Below are positions 38,473-51,795 of a stretch of DNA of 64,000 nt, piece after piece; position 1 is the stretch's first letter, and each line of letters opens with the position of its first letter. The notes under the pieces are model-generated. The model did no database searches. It was not told the DNA's origin and saw nothing but the letters and a program-made list of their open reading frames with translations. Location of the stretch: the NCBI GenBank assembly GCA_965153285.1, contig OZ229116.1; one strand, given 5' to 3'. This stretch comes from Podarcis tiliguerta (lineage: Eukaryota). The translations under genes and the position numbers were made by a program.

Positions 38473-39250
38473 AAGAGAAGGACAGACTTTGAGTGTGCAG
38501 AAAACCTTATTCTTGGATTTGAAAAAGATCAATAGTATTTCTTACAGTGATGATGTGAGGCAACCACGTATGATACAAGTTTTGCAATCCACAGACAAGT
38601 CACATATGTGAAAAGCAGAAACAATACGATTTGGCTTGGTTTGGTTTTATTTTAAAAAACTTTATATAGAATTCACACAATGAACATCTCATAATAAATA
38701 TGGGATTTGTGTTACCATCTTGGACGAACTAAATTTTGTATTCAGAAATTGAATCTGAGCAGGTGAAATGAAATGAAAGAGACAGAGAGGGAGACTTGTT
38801 TTCTGTCTCTGGCTATACAAGATGGTGAAGGCAGTACAATAGCTAAAGGAAATAATCATTTAGAGTAGAGGTGATAGAGACAGTACTGCTTTGGACACTC
38901 AACCAGGCAGTAGATCAACAGGATTTTCCCTCTAGGGAGCTATGTCTGCTACAAGAGTGGCTGAAGGAACTGACACAAAGGGCCAGTTGGAAGAAGTACC
39001 ATCTGCATATAGGATTGACAGGCAGCCTTCAGGGTGTGTTGCTATCATTTCTGACTCCAGCAAAGTTCAGAGTCTCTTTTCATCTCATTACAGCAAGCAG
39101 AATCTATGAGCTTTCATAAACTCCATCTGTACATTTACATTTGTGAGCATATTTTCTGCATTTCTGTGGACGTACAAAGAATTGTAAATTCTCTATCACT
39201 GTATCTTGACTGCTTTTATTACTGCTATTTATTTGGAATATATGTATGTG

Positions 39251-39254
<4 letters not shown>

Positions 39255-39281
<27 letters not shown>
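39255..39281 (+). repeat. (CA)n microsatellite
   Basis: Direct reading. Confidence 0.95.
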
Positions 39282-39775
39282 TATGGAGAGTATAATAATA
39301 TTTGGTAGGAGGCAAAATGTAATAAATGGATTGCTAAAGTCCTCCCCATCCCCTGTCCAACCCATTTTTGAGCAAAAGGAGCAATCCCATGACTACTGTG
39401 TAAATTTCACATCATTTTTCAATTTCATTTCAAGCAGCTGTATAATTCCACTGAGATTGATGAGACCACTTAAATGTCAAAATTATGGCATATTCTTGAA
39501 CATTTTAAAACAGATACCTTTGTATAGAATAGAATACAATTCATTTTCTGATACATTTTTACATTATCCCCTAAAAGGTTCCCCTCCTCCAAGTTCTAGT
39601 TGAAACTGAGTTCAGACTTGTGTAAATTTTCAAAGTTTACATTGTTCTGTTCTGTTCCTCTTGGTCTCAGCTTGTGGTTCATAAGAGATGACAGAATGTT
39701 AGTAAATGTGGTTGCAGAACAAAGAGCATTATGGGGGCACTGAGCGATGTTTGGGTATTTAGACTTTTGGCTATA

Positions 39776-40013
39776 CAGTGGTACCTCAGGTTAAGTACTT
39801 AATTTGTTCCAGAGGTCCGTTCTTAACCTGAAACTGTTCTTAACCTGAAGCACCACTTTAGCAGGACCTCCTGCTGCTGCCGTGCCACCGGAGCACGATT
39901 TCTGTTTTTATCCTGAAGCAAAGTTCTTAACCTGAAGCACTATTTCTGGGTTAGCGGAGTCTGTAACCTGAAGTGTATGTAACCTGAAGCATATGTAATC
40001 CGAGGTACCACTG
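39776..40013. mobile_element. Tc1/mariner (pogo/Tigger-like) MITE
   Basis: TIRs cagtggtacctc / gaggtaccactg, TA TSD at 39774-39775 and 40014-40015, internal taacctgaag repeats. Confidence 0.9.
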
Positions 40014-42254
40014 TACGGAGTTAATTTTCCAATCGATATAGTTAAGCAAAAACAGATTAATTGGACTTGGTATTATTTGAACTATATTACCCTAGTATGA
40101 AACTGTACATAAAATGCAACCAGTTGTTGCTTTTAAGAATATAGCTTTCCTGCTGACATAGTTAATGGCCCAATTTCTGCATCATATGCTGCTGTATGCT
40201 TCTACAAAAAGCAGATACTATTATGTGGTATCTGTCAATTCAGAGAAGAGGGCTCTGGTTCTAGGTAAGGTTTTTTGTTAATAAAATGTGGAAATCTACT
40301 AATAACATGTGGATTTATTCTAAATCTAACATCTGAATTCTCTGTTTGTGCCACTCTTGACCTAGGTATCCGTTGCCATTTGGTATTCCTTGTGCCCAGT
40401 GCTATTTTTCTAGAAAAAGAGGTGCTGAATCTCACCAGTAACTCCTCCCTTGTTTTTTTAGAATTGCAATGGCGCCTACTTGAGAGGTGCCGGAACTGAG
40501 TTCCAGTAACTTCCGGGTGAAAAAAAAAGCTCTGTTTGTGCCGAATCTTTCAAAATACAGTGGAAGAGTAGCTGAGCTTTCTTCAGCAGTCAAAGTGGCT
40601 TGCAGCCTCATGTATACAAAGCACCCAATGTTTTTTGTTTCCATCTTATTTTTGGATGGTGAAGAATACATCACTGCAACTCTTCCTTTACCTGATTTCT
40701 TAGCATTTATTTTCTTGTGTGCAAAGGAGTGAATGCTGCTTTAGAACAGCTACCCACTTAAACATTCTTATTTACAGGAGTTGCTTTGTGCATTCTTTTA
40801 TTTTACACTTCGGAAACTGGTGTGTGCTAGAAGGGTGACTGTGAATGTGTGTGTGTGTGTGGTCAGAGCTGCCATTTGGACATACAACTTTTGCTGAAGG
40901 GATACTGGGACAAGAGCAATAACTTATCAGTTTTCTCAAGCATTTCAGTGCTGATGCGCAGGTTCTAGCTCCTGCCCTACAGGCCTCTGCTACTTTATAG
41001 CAGCCAGCATTGGACATCTGTCACACATACTGTATGTCATAACAAATAGATCATAAAAAAACCTTGCAAAGCTACAAATGCGGAAAAGCTGAAAGCATTG
41101 TTACCACAAAGCACTAGCATTACTCCAGTACTGTCAGTATTAATTCCAAGCAGGTTTTGATTATTTTCTATATGAAACATTGGGGTGTCAGGAAGAGTTA
41201 AAATACATGAATATCAACATTTGTGGAGCGGTTTTTATTTGTGTGTGTGTGTGTGTCTTGGCCTGCTGTTGTCATTGATTCTGCAACCTGAGTTTGTGCA
41301 GCTATATTTGATTGCATGGCATTTGTAATGCAAGCTTATATTAAGGCTGTCTACAAATCTTGAAGCTTGACCTTGGTAACCTTCCTGTGTGTGTCTTCCT
41401 CTGGCTTTGCAAAGATACTGGTAATTCTCTCTGGGAAAGCATGAATAAAACAGGAGGTTATCACTTCTGTTTAGTTGCCCAACATGAATCCCAGTGATAG
41501 TATTTCACATTGTTATTGTGGTCCTTTGGGTGCTGGTTCGCCAGTGCTATGAGATCTTATTGATATCTGTTATTGCTTTTTTTTTCTTACTGGTTTCTTT
41601 CTGGACAATGGAGAAGTCACTCCTTCTGGAATGGCAGGGCACAGGATCCATTCTGACAACTTCCTCCCAGGAGATAGCAGGGTCTCATTTGATCTGAGAT
41701 TCAATTTGAAAAACATACAGAGATGCACATGAATATAAACAACACACAATGCATAATATATTTTCCAGTCAGCCCTATTCTCCTCCTATGCCCTAGACAG
41801 AGGGACATTGAGCTAAGAAGTTAACAGCAATAAGAAAAGCAGCTGGAGGAGAAGAGGATAAATGGTGGAGAAAGAGTTGTGAGTGAAGGGGAGGGGGGCT
41901 TTTCCCCCTGGACCTCTTGGGGAACTCAATGAACCTGCTACACCTGGAACTGGGTGTGGAGAGTGCAGCTTGATGGAGCACAGGTATGGGCCTGCCCATC
42001 AAAAACAAGTCTAGAGTGAGAGATGGGTTATTATTGATGTTTGCATGAACTCTTCTGGTTGTTAGACTTTTGTGGATGAGCTGAGAGTTTGCTGGATCCT
42101 TGGTGAGAACCTGGAAGCTGAGATGGACGGTGTGTCAGAAGGAAGCTGAATTTATACTGATATAACTATGTTAAGGAAACATCTTTATATGTAACTGTAT
42201 TTTTGTCATATTTGGTTTGTTATCTGTTGTTGCTTCTGTTTTTTGTACACCACA

Positions 42255-42279
42255 TAGATAGATAGATAGATAGATAGAT

Positions 42280-42323
<44 letters not shown>
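42255..42323 (+). repeat. (GATA)n microsatellite
   Basis: Direct reading; one gat interruption. Confidence 0.97.
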
Positions 42324-42326
<3 letters not shown>

Positions 42327-42434
42327 TTAAGCAGTATAGAAAAAATAATAATGAACTCTGCTATCCACAGAGATCTAGCTTTCTGGATTCTTTTCTTCCA
42401 CTTCTTAAAATGACTAGTTCTGCTGCCTTAGGTG

Positions 42435-43152
42435 ATCATAGAATCATAGAGTTGGAAGGGACCCTGAGGAATCTCAACTAAAGCACCATTGACAGATGGT
42501 CATCCAATATCTACTTAAAAACCTCCAAGGAAGGAGAGTCTACCACCTTCCCAGGGCGTCCATGCCACTTGCGAATAGCTCTTTCCACCAGAAAGTTATT
42601 CCTGGTATTTAGTTGGAATCTCCTTTCTGGTAACATGAAAAGCCATTGTTTTGGGTTCTCCTGTTCAGCACAGAAAAAAACAAACTTGCTGCATCTTCCA
42701 TGTGACAGCCTTTTATGTATTTGTAGATGGCTGTATATCGCCTCTGTCTCCTCTTACCCAGGAGTATTACTTCTCTTGATCTGGAAACTATACTTCTATT
42801 GATGCAGCATAGGATAGCATTATCTCTCCCCCCCCCCCCCCGCAGCACCACACTGCTGCCCCATGTTCACCTTGTGGTCTTCTAAGACCCCTTTTTACAT
42901 GTACTACTGGCAAGCTAGTCCCCCCCTCCACCTTACATTTGCGCAGCTAGTTCTTCCTGTCTAAGTGTAGAACCTTACATTTGTTCCTATAGAAATTCAT
43001 TTTGTTACTTTGGGTCCAGTTCTCCAATCTGTTAAGGTCATCTTGAATCCCAATCCTGTCTTCTGCAGCATTTGGCTACCTCTCCCAGCTTCATATCATC
43101 TGCAAATTCCTTCATCCAAGTCATTTATAAAGACATTGAACAACATGGGCCC
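42435..43152 (-). mobile_element. CR1 LINE 3' fragment (antisense, internally deleted)
   Basis: Starts atcatagaatcatagagttggaaggg (reverse complement of the CR1 ATTCTATG tail). The - strand encodes NAILCCINRSIVSRSREVILL and, near 43090, the RT segment FADD. Confidence 0.9.
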
Positions 43153-43214
43153 ATTAACCTCAATCCAAAAAGCCACTATCACAGAATAATAGTTAATAAG
43201 CTCAGGCTGTTAAA

Positions 43215-43263
43215 AGAAGAAGAAGAAGAAGAAGAAGAAGAAGAAGAAGAAGAAGAAGAAGAA
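43215..43263 (+). repeat. (GAA)n microsatellite
   Basis: Direct reading. Confidence 0.97.
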
Positions 43264-44961
43264 ATAATTAAGGAAGTTTTAAAATGCAGTAGTGGACTTC
43301 TACCATGTTAGGCTAAACGTAGCTTTTGGATAAAACTTTCAGGAACAGTGAGACTAATATATGCATATATGTCTGTGGATTTTGTAACACATTCATTTAT
43401 GCTGCTTTAATAAATTATCTATTAAAGTACAGTTCTAGAAACAATTCTTATGAATCCATCTTCTTTCTTTTTGTTAAAGTGCCCGTTAGAAAACTGTTGC
43501 TATAAGGCACGCCCTATAGCAGTGGCTAGTCACACAAGTGCTTGAGAGAGCTGAGGCCCAGGAGTTCCTCGTAATTGTAATAAAGATTATAGGTCTCTTC
43601 TCTGATATTTGAGTAGTGTGTTATTATATAGCAGATGTCCATGACAGAAGGTGAGCTTAGACAGCACCATAAGGCAGATATCAACTTTATGTGATCACCT
43701 CATAGGAGATAGCATTGAACTCCTGCTTTTAATTGACCTACCTCTTGTAGATATTTTAGAGGCTCTGTCATTTTAGCAAATACCTATTTAAAATGTCCAG
43801 AATCCTCTTAAAGCCAGGTGTGCACTCAATCCTATCTTGTTTTCTTGGTAGATTTGTTTTCCTTCTACCTCTCTTTTCCTTGTTACGTTTTTGTATTATT
43901 TTTTTTAAAAAAGTTAATTCATTTATTCATTTCCAAGTTTGTTTTTTCACGGAAAATGTTTAGAGCAAGGGGGTGGGGAGCTGGCTTGTAATACGTTCTT
44001 TGTACATTCAGGACTGCGATGTTCACACAGAGCTCTTCCATTCCCAATGGCTTCTCCATCTGATTCAGTAGAAGGAGCACTCAAGGCATTCATTATTCTG
44101 CCTGCTCACACATGCAAACAGCAAAATGTTGGAGGGTAGAGTTCCCATGCAGCCTACCCTGCATCCCCTAAGCTAGCCTGCTGCCCCAGATGCAATGGGG
44201 CAGGCGGAAGAGACACTGTTCTGTTACCAGTGTATCCGACAAAAGTTCAGCCTGTCAACATGATAGCGTTGTGACCATGCTAGTTCCTTGACAAAGATAA
44301 CCAACTTTTGCAACTCTTTTCATTGTCCTAACAGTTCTCTATAATTCCCACTGCATGTTTTCAGGTCCCATCTTGGTTGTTGCATACCCTCTCCTCCATG
44401 CTTACAAGGCAGGACCATGCCTTTATTTATGCTTATAATTTATAAGAAATAATGAAAATAATAATGAAGGGTTCAAACTTTATTTTAAGCTTAATGTATG
44501 TATACTTTTATTCTAATGTGTGTATGTGCCTGATACCAGCATTATCTGTACAACATGGCAGTATATATCCCCATATATACATGGCAGTATATATCCCCAA
44601 AAACGGACCAGCAAGTTTTAGGATCAATCCTCCTCCTCCTTCATATCATCATTATTATCATTATTATTAATTAAATCTGTATACTACCTTTCATCCTTAC
44701 TAGATGTGATTATTTCTAAGGTGTTTTTTTTAAAAGGAAAGGGGGAGTATTATTTTTAAAAATGATTTCAAACTGAACTTTTTAAAATTATACTAAAACT
44801 AGCCCTCATGGAAAGCTTGGTGGATGTCATTATAAGTTGTATATCTGAAAGTTGCCCACAAGCATAACTGTGGGGAGCCAACTGTTTTACAGCAATATTT
44901 CAATTCAGTGAATATGCATGTATAATATAACTTCATTATAATTTTCCTGCATTTCCTGCAG

Positions 44962-45140
44962 GTCTAACTGTGCTGAAAATATCCGCAAGCATATCCTGCA
45001 TACAGGCAAACATGAAGGAGTAAAGATGTACAACTGTCCCAAGTGTGAATATGGCACCAATATCCCTGTAGAATTTCGCAACCACCTGAAAGAATTGCAT
45101 CCTGATATTGAGAACCCTGACCTAGCTTACCTGCATGCTG
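44962..45140 (+). CDS. ZNF407: ZNF407 internal coding exon, 179 bp, phase 2 in / phase 1 out
   Basis: Acceptor tttcctgcAG (44960-44961); donor GTaaga at 45141. Translates (R)SNCAENIRKHILHTGKHEGVKMYNCPKCEYGTNIPVEFRNHLKELHPDIENPDLAYLHA(g). It completes the CPWC...H..H finger split across the 22 kb intron. Confidence 0.96.
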
Positions 45141-45555
45141 GTAAGAACATCTTTATGGCTGTTGTCATTGAGTTTTCATTTTCACAAATGGAATTCAGTT
45201 AAATGGCTGTAGGGAGAAAGCACTTTTTAATGTAATATGCATGACTCTGGCCAAGGAACAAAGCAATTTTGATCTCGATTTAGTCAAATTCATTGTTCTG
45301 TTCACACTTTTATATGACTCACATTAACTCAGGTACATGTTACACAGAAGTGTTTTGCATTCAGACGTGAAGTGAATCATGCATGTTCAATTTACTCTTT
45401 GCTATTAATCATTTTTAAAAGTGTGTTCACATTTTATTTGCACATGTTCACAAGGTTTAATTAGAACCAGGCCTTGATGCCAGCATCCGACCTGAACTCT
45501 ATAATGCATGAGGAGCAACAGCTTCTGACATTTGCAGAATGCCTTGTCCAGTCAT

Positions 45556-46096
45556 TTCTGAAGAAGTGTGCATGCACACGAAAGCTTATACCCAGAACAA
45601 ACTTAGTTGGTGTGATGGCTTGTGAATGCTCTTCGCAAGAAATGCCCCTGCTCACTCAGAGATACATATATACAGTCTTTATTTTACATATGTACAAGCA
45701 GCGCATTACAATCATGCATCTGAATCCTCCGGCGGCTCAGATTCTGGGAGTGACTTATGCCAGCCCCTTCTCCAACAGAAAAGGCGGGGAAGTTTCACAC
45801 GATGCCTCTGCCCCCTCCTCTTTAACACTCTCCTTTCTTTGGCAGACGGAATAGGCATTATTTCACTGTCTGTGCCAGAACTTCCTGTTGAGGCTCTGGT
45901 TCAACATCTGTGAGCCGTTCCGCCTCCTGGCTTTCCCCTCTTTCCTCAATTGCCACTTCCTGCCCCCCTTCTGCCTGTCTCTGCTCCTCCCCTTCATTCT
46001 CTGGCAATACCATGACAGTTGGTCTCTAAGGTGCTACTGAACAATTTTTTAATTTATTTCAACTGTGTCAGACCAACACGGCTGCCTAACTGAATC
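45556..46096 (+). mobile_element. Penelope-like element terminal fragment split by the solo LTR
   Basis: Removing the LTR and one gttgg restores ctgaagaagtgtgcatgcacacgaaagcttatacccagaacaaacttagttggtctctaaggtgctactg...gaccaacacggctgcctaactgaatc, a reptile Penelope end as I recall it. Flanking direct repeat ttgtccagtcat (45544-45555) / ttctccagtcat (46097-46108). Confidence 0.75.
45611..46017 (-). mobile_element. Solo LTR (407 bp), probably Gypsy-like
   Basis: Termini TGtgatgg...ccatgaCA (imperfect inverted ends), perfect 5-bp TSD gttgg (45606-45610 / 46018-46022), AATAAA on the - strand near 45678. Confidence 0.85.
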
Positions 46097-49000
46097 TTCT
46101 CCAGTCATGATTATCAGACACCTGGAATTAGGACATGTCTCCTAGCATAGGTTCAAAGTAGGTGTTACATCGGATATCCATGATTGGACCTCCTCATGGA
46201 AGTTTTTTCTTCTAAAAGCAGCTGTGGGGGAGGGGGGAAGAGCTAACCCTGTCTTCCACACTGTAGCCCCAGTTAAAATCAGTGCCCCTTCTCCCTGAGT
46301 CCCTATTAGCAGCAAAGGGAGAAAGCATAAAGGTATCCTTCATGCCTATATATTTTGCACACTGCAGCTAATAGTAGCTTTTTTGAGGTGGGTAATATGG
46401 ATTCGGGCCATAGTAATGAGACCATCCCATATCTGTCCTTATTCAAATCCCCCCTCCAGGACTACTTTCAGGGAAAGAAAATTATGGGGAGATCCCATGT
46501 AACTTCACTAGATGTTAGTGTCACTTTTAGACTTCAGCACTACCAACTTTCTGCATATATGATGCTTCATGCACGTAAACCCACACTCCTGTGTTAGACG
46601 CATTCAAAAAAATGTAAGGGTTACAAGTTGCCCTATGTGTGCTTGTATAGGACACACACAAGGACACATAAAAAGGGGCTAACATAATAAACTTTAAGCA
46701 CATTTAAACAAAAAATAATAATCACATGAGTCCTTAACTTGAAAGGTTTACTTCTTTGAAGAAGCAGCTACTGAGGATTTTGTTCTGAATAATTTGCATT
46801 CCATCTTATGAGTAATCTATTTGATAGACTCTTATCTTCTGGCATGTATATTTCCTGAAATAATTTATCTTATACCCTCATAGTAAACTTAACCTACAAA
46901 ATACATAATGTTATTTTATGTAAAATAAAGTGGAAAGAACACTGTTGAAATGTAGCTTTACTGGCGACTTTCCAACTGTATTATTGGCTTCTGGGATCTA
47001 AAACTCATGGTAAGGCAGATGAATTAATCACCACTTGAGTAAGTCAGGCCTCTATCCTTTCTGTTTTACTTTAGAGGTAAAGAGCCATATCTTTGTTCTA
47101 ATTCTGTCTAGCATATTGTTGCCAGCAAACTCTGATAAATTTTATGAAAACACTTTTACTAAGCTGCCGCTACTAAGGTCAGAACTCATTTTTGCCCCAC
47201 ATAAATTTCTCTTTCCATAAGCATAGCCTGCATGAAACAAGTCTTCAAAGGCAAGCTGCTCTATGATTACATCATCAAAATGGGACAAACTGTGATCCTA
47301 TCAGTTGTTAACACTTGCAATATTCATGAACGGAATCCTGAAAGTTCAAGTAGTTAAGCCTAAATAAAATTGTGATCTTTATCCTTCTTGACAGAAGCAT
47401 TTATCAAATTATTAAGGGGGGTGGATGGGAAATGATTGCTAAAAGTTAGAGTGTGATCTATTGTGTGATTTTTATCAAGGTATGACTGTGTTACCAAGTG
47501 GAAGCTACTGTCGCTGAATGTCAAGTGAAGATATGAAATTTCATAACATAAATAACTGATATTTAATTCTTTGCTTAATTTCCTGAAATTAATTTCCTTT
47601 TGCCTTTATTTCATTCCATACACCCATTGGTTTTAAAAGTAGAAATGGCTGTAGTCATCCATGTGGTCAATACATTGCATATGCATTGATGAGGCAGTAT
47701 TATGAACACAGTATAAAGATGAAAGTATCAAATATCATGCTGGCCAATTTCATTTTACTCATGTTCTCTTTACCTGTAAGGCATTAAATCACACGAAGCA
47801 TAGTAATTAACAGGGCGAATGGAACTAAGTCCATTGGGTACATGAAATAACAGTATACTTCATACCTTTGTGCAAAGCTGTTAAAGAATGGCTACAGGGT
47901 CCCTTTCTCAGCTGAATTCCGATCTTCTCTTGTTGTAATTTGATTGTCAATTGTCAAGTGCAGAGCCCTGTACATTTTGAATGCTTTTGTTTCTTTGTTT
48001 GTTTAAATACCAGCAGCTTACTTTTTAAAAACAAAAACCTAAAAAACTAAAAGGCCTGGCCTTGTTAGGGGAGATACTGAAAATAGCTGCTGCTAGAGTA
48101 GCAGAATCTTGCTTGGGTTCCAAGCTACATAAAGTAGTATTTTTGATAGCTGAAATGCTTTATATAAAGAAAACAGTAAGCAGCAGCAGCTCAGTTTCAA
48201 ACAGGTTCATTCTAGTAATAGCTATTAGTGTCAGTCTTTCAATTGCATGTCATATTGATTGGCAGAGAGTCCTTTTCTCTCTTGTGCAGAATAGTAATTT
48301 TAGCATGTGCTTGAAATAAAACCTTACATAAATGCCTTTCTGTTTCTAAAGAAGGATGCTAGGTTTCATGCAGCCTATATAGATTACCTTAGACTTGTAT
48401 TTCCCAAAAAATTAAGCTGTGTGAAGCTGATTGTTTTTATCCTTACATAGGGGTTTATTTGTTTTTTAGTGTTATTACCTGCTTTACAAATGTCCACTAT
48501 TATCACCTGGTAGAAACCTTGCTAAGAAAATTGTCACCTGCAAGTGTCAGGCCTCTATCCGGGAAACATAAAGGAATTGCACAAGGTCCCAAATACATTT
48601 TTTTCCTTGGACTTTTGCTCCCAGTAGTACAGCACAACAGAACTGAAGGGAACCTCAACTAATAGCTCATTGTTTATGCTGTTAAGCCTCAGCGTCCATA
48701 GGAATTGCTACTCAGTAGAAGGTGGTAAGGGGCAAAAACAGCAAGCATCTCAGTACAGCTTTCTTGGACTTGGGGTATCAAAAGATGTGTGCTTAATATT
48801 TCATAGAGGTTTTAACCTAAAATGCCAAATATAATTTGTCAATAAAAATGCAAAATAATGTGATAGGTATGTAACAACACTGAAACCTATATCTAAGGAA
48901 GGTAACCCAATGCAGTAAGAAACAATTCTTGTTGGAATTCAGCCCACTTACTGCTACATGTAAATTTTTGCTTCTTGACAATGGGCATAAGCATAGAATT

Positions 49001-50456
49001 GCTTTAATAAGTAAGTGCCCCATTGAGCTTTTGGCTACAATCCAAAACACATGTACTAAGAATTAAGTCCCACTGAACAAGCATGGGATTTTGCTATTTA
49101 ACGCCCCCAACAACAATGCCTCTCCAGCAATGCCATTCCACAACAAATCTTAAAGCAGTTTGTGATCCAGCATGGAGGGTTACTTGCTAAAGGAAAAAGC
49201 TCATGGGCTGATGCTCATACCTTATGAACTTTTCTGAATTGTTCTCATTCTGTTAAAACGCCCTTAATTAGGACAGCCAATAGTGCAAGGGGAAACTGGT
49301 TCAATACACCCCTTTTCACTCTGTGCTATAGTTGCTATCTGTAGAGGCATTGTGCTTCCTACCTCTGAATCCTCCTCCTTCAGTGATTTTGGAGTACAAC
49401 AAGGAGGACTCTTTGACGATGAAAGCTTCCTGGCTCCTGAACCCAGCATATGGAGGGAGCAGGTCTGTAGGTATTGCCAGACATCCTACTTTGTGACCCA
49501 GAATCACAGCCGTTGATGGCAAATCAGTACTGGCTTTTGTTGTTCAGTGTTTTGAGGTGCACACTCTTTCTGCAGTGTGACTGAAACATATAGGCCGCCA
49601 GTGCTGCTGTGATTTATTAAGGCAGCAGTGGCCAAATTGTTACCCATGGACTGGATCCAATCCTATTTTAATTTTATATGGCAGCAACAAACTTTAATGA
49701 AGCTTTGGTAAAAGATTTGCCCAGCTTCATTCATCACCATCGTCACCATCATATATACAAATATATATTTGTATATTCTTTGTTTGCAATAGTTCCCTGT
49801 AATTTTTGTTACACTCATGGTTGTCAGCTCTTAGGTGCCTTTCAAATGTGAAACATTATTTCATATCTTTGGAATCTATGCTGAGGGGTTTTTTTCCCCC
49901 TCCGTCCCTTGTACTATTTAGATTTTATTGGATGAATGTATCTTGCACCACCTTAAATAACTGCCATTTAAGAAAATTAAGAAGTATATGGGAAGAAAAT
50001 GCTGACCCACAGAATAAGCAGTGGGATGAAATGTTCCCACTGGGCTTCATTTCTTAGGAAAGCCCATCAGGATAGTGACTAGGCCTGTAATTATTGTTTC
50101 AGTGACCTCTAAAATGATCATTTGAGAGAAGAGCTTGACTGTCATTGTTAAAATTAAAGAAAGTAGGGTTCATAGAAGCCTCATTTGTTTTTATTGATTT
50201 TTGTATAAAAGAAGTTGAGATTAAATGTAATCTCTCATAAGTTTCATTCAACGTGAACTAATGAGGCTTTACAGTAAGCTTACAGTATATCTATCTGATA
50301 GACATCTCTTACTCTAAATGGCAAGATAATTTTTTAAAAAGCAAAACCCCAAACCTTTTATGGATCCATATCCATTTTGGGTACAGAAATCCTATGAACA
50401 CATTGGAAATGTTATATACTACGTTCCTGTGAAATACAGTGGAAAATCCCATAAAT

Positions 50457-51334
50457 CAGGGGTCTTCAAACTTCGGGCTGCGGACTGGATCCAGCCCACT
50501 TGGCAATTGCTGAACCTGCCACTGTGGCCCTCCTCTCTCAGCCCCCCTCCCTCCATCGCCCCCCTGCCCGAACATCCCACTGCCCAGAGCAGGGAGAGAT
50601 TTACGTGCATGTATACATGCCGTGGGCCGCTTCTGCATTTCATGAACTTGGGCGGAGGCGCCTTGCTGCATTTCTGTTTCCATCTGAACATTTCCTTCTT
50701 TTGCCAGGGTCCCTGTTTGTCCCCTTGTGTGTTTATTTTGTGTGAGTGTGTGCAAGCGAAGGAGGATTTCCCGGCTGCAGGCTCCTCTTCCTGTCACAAA
50801 ATCACTCTTCCTCAAGCAGCTCGCCTCCCTCCATCACCCCCCTGCCCCCTCCCCAAACATTCCACTGCAGGGAGAGATTTACATGCATGATATGTATATC
50901 ATGCCGAGGGCTGCCTTTGCATTTCATGAACTGGGACGGAGGCGCCTCGCTGCATTTCTGTGGCCATGTGAGCGTTTCCTTCTTTTGCCAAAGTCTCCAT
51001 TAATCCCCTTCTCGCCATTCTCGGCATTGCCACCGGTGCTTCCAACCTCTCTTCACACCCACCCTCCCAAATCGCTTTTTCTTAGTTTTACCCAACAAGT
51101 GCACCACAGCAAGGCACAACACACCCCACCAGTGCTGGATTTACGTACAAGCTAAACAAGCTATAGCTTAGGGCCCCACTCTCTTGGGAGGGGCCCCCAA
51201 AAAAATAAAGAAAAAAAAGTGCAGTGTGCATAGGAATTCATTCATTCCCTCCCCTCCAAAAAACTATAATCCAGCCCCCAACAGTGTCTGAGGGACAGTG
51301 AACTGTCCCCATTTAAAAAGTTTGAGGACCCCTG
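50457..51334. mobile_element. Non-autonomous hAT element with internal duplication
   Basis: TIRs caggggtcttcaaactt / aagtttgaggacccctg. 8-bp TSD ccataaat / ctataagt (6/8, central TA). GC-rich interior with a repeated block about 290 bp apart. Confidence 0.82.
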
Positions 51335-51659
51335 CTATAAGTAATTACTTTTAATGTTCAGTTTACACTGACATATAGGTATGATACAGCTAGGTTTGAA
51401 GCATTTAGTGCTTGATTATGAGCAAGAGCCCAACCCAATATGTTTTAATCAATATTATAAGTAAGATTTCCCCTTTCCTGGTACCAGCATTGCATCACTT
51501 TAAAGGAATGATAGATCAATAAATCTGAAAATACATCAATAAGATTATTTTCACCCTGACTAGTTATAAACCCTGCTCAAACACTAGGGAAAAATATGTA
51601 AGAATACAATTTTGAAACTTCTGCATATTTTTAGGGTGACTTCAGGTGATCAGCTTAGG

Positions 51660-51795
51660 CCAAGGATGAGGAACCTATGATGCTCCAGATACAGTATTGT
51701 TAGACTTCAACTTCTGTCAGCCCCAGCTAACACAGACCGTGATTAGAACTGATGACAACATCTAGAGGGCCACCCCCTCTCCCCCTCCCACCACT
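51660..51795. mobile_element. Short palindromic hAT-derived MITE, degenerate
   Basis: ggaacct...ctccagat...gttagacttcaact...acaacatctagagggccac; same family. Confidence 0.5.

Noticed and set aside
39776-40013. Spaced taacctgaag repeats superficially like a CRISPR array
   Set aside because: Irregular subterminal repeats inside a TA-flanked TIR element in vertebrate DNA; no cas genes.
41810-42250. Possible additional LTR-like relic
   Set aside because: Purine-rich and LTR-like in texture, but I could not define termini or a TSD.
49264-49522. Overlapping short ORFs with coding-like composition
   Set aside because: No recognisable protein or TE motif; cannot be supported without a database search.
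50360-51155. Cluster of 80-176 aa ORFs
   Set aside because: They lie within a GC-rich non-autonomous hAT element with no transposase motifs.
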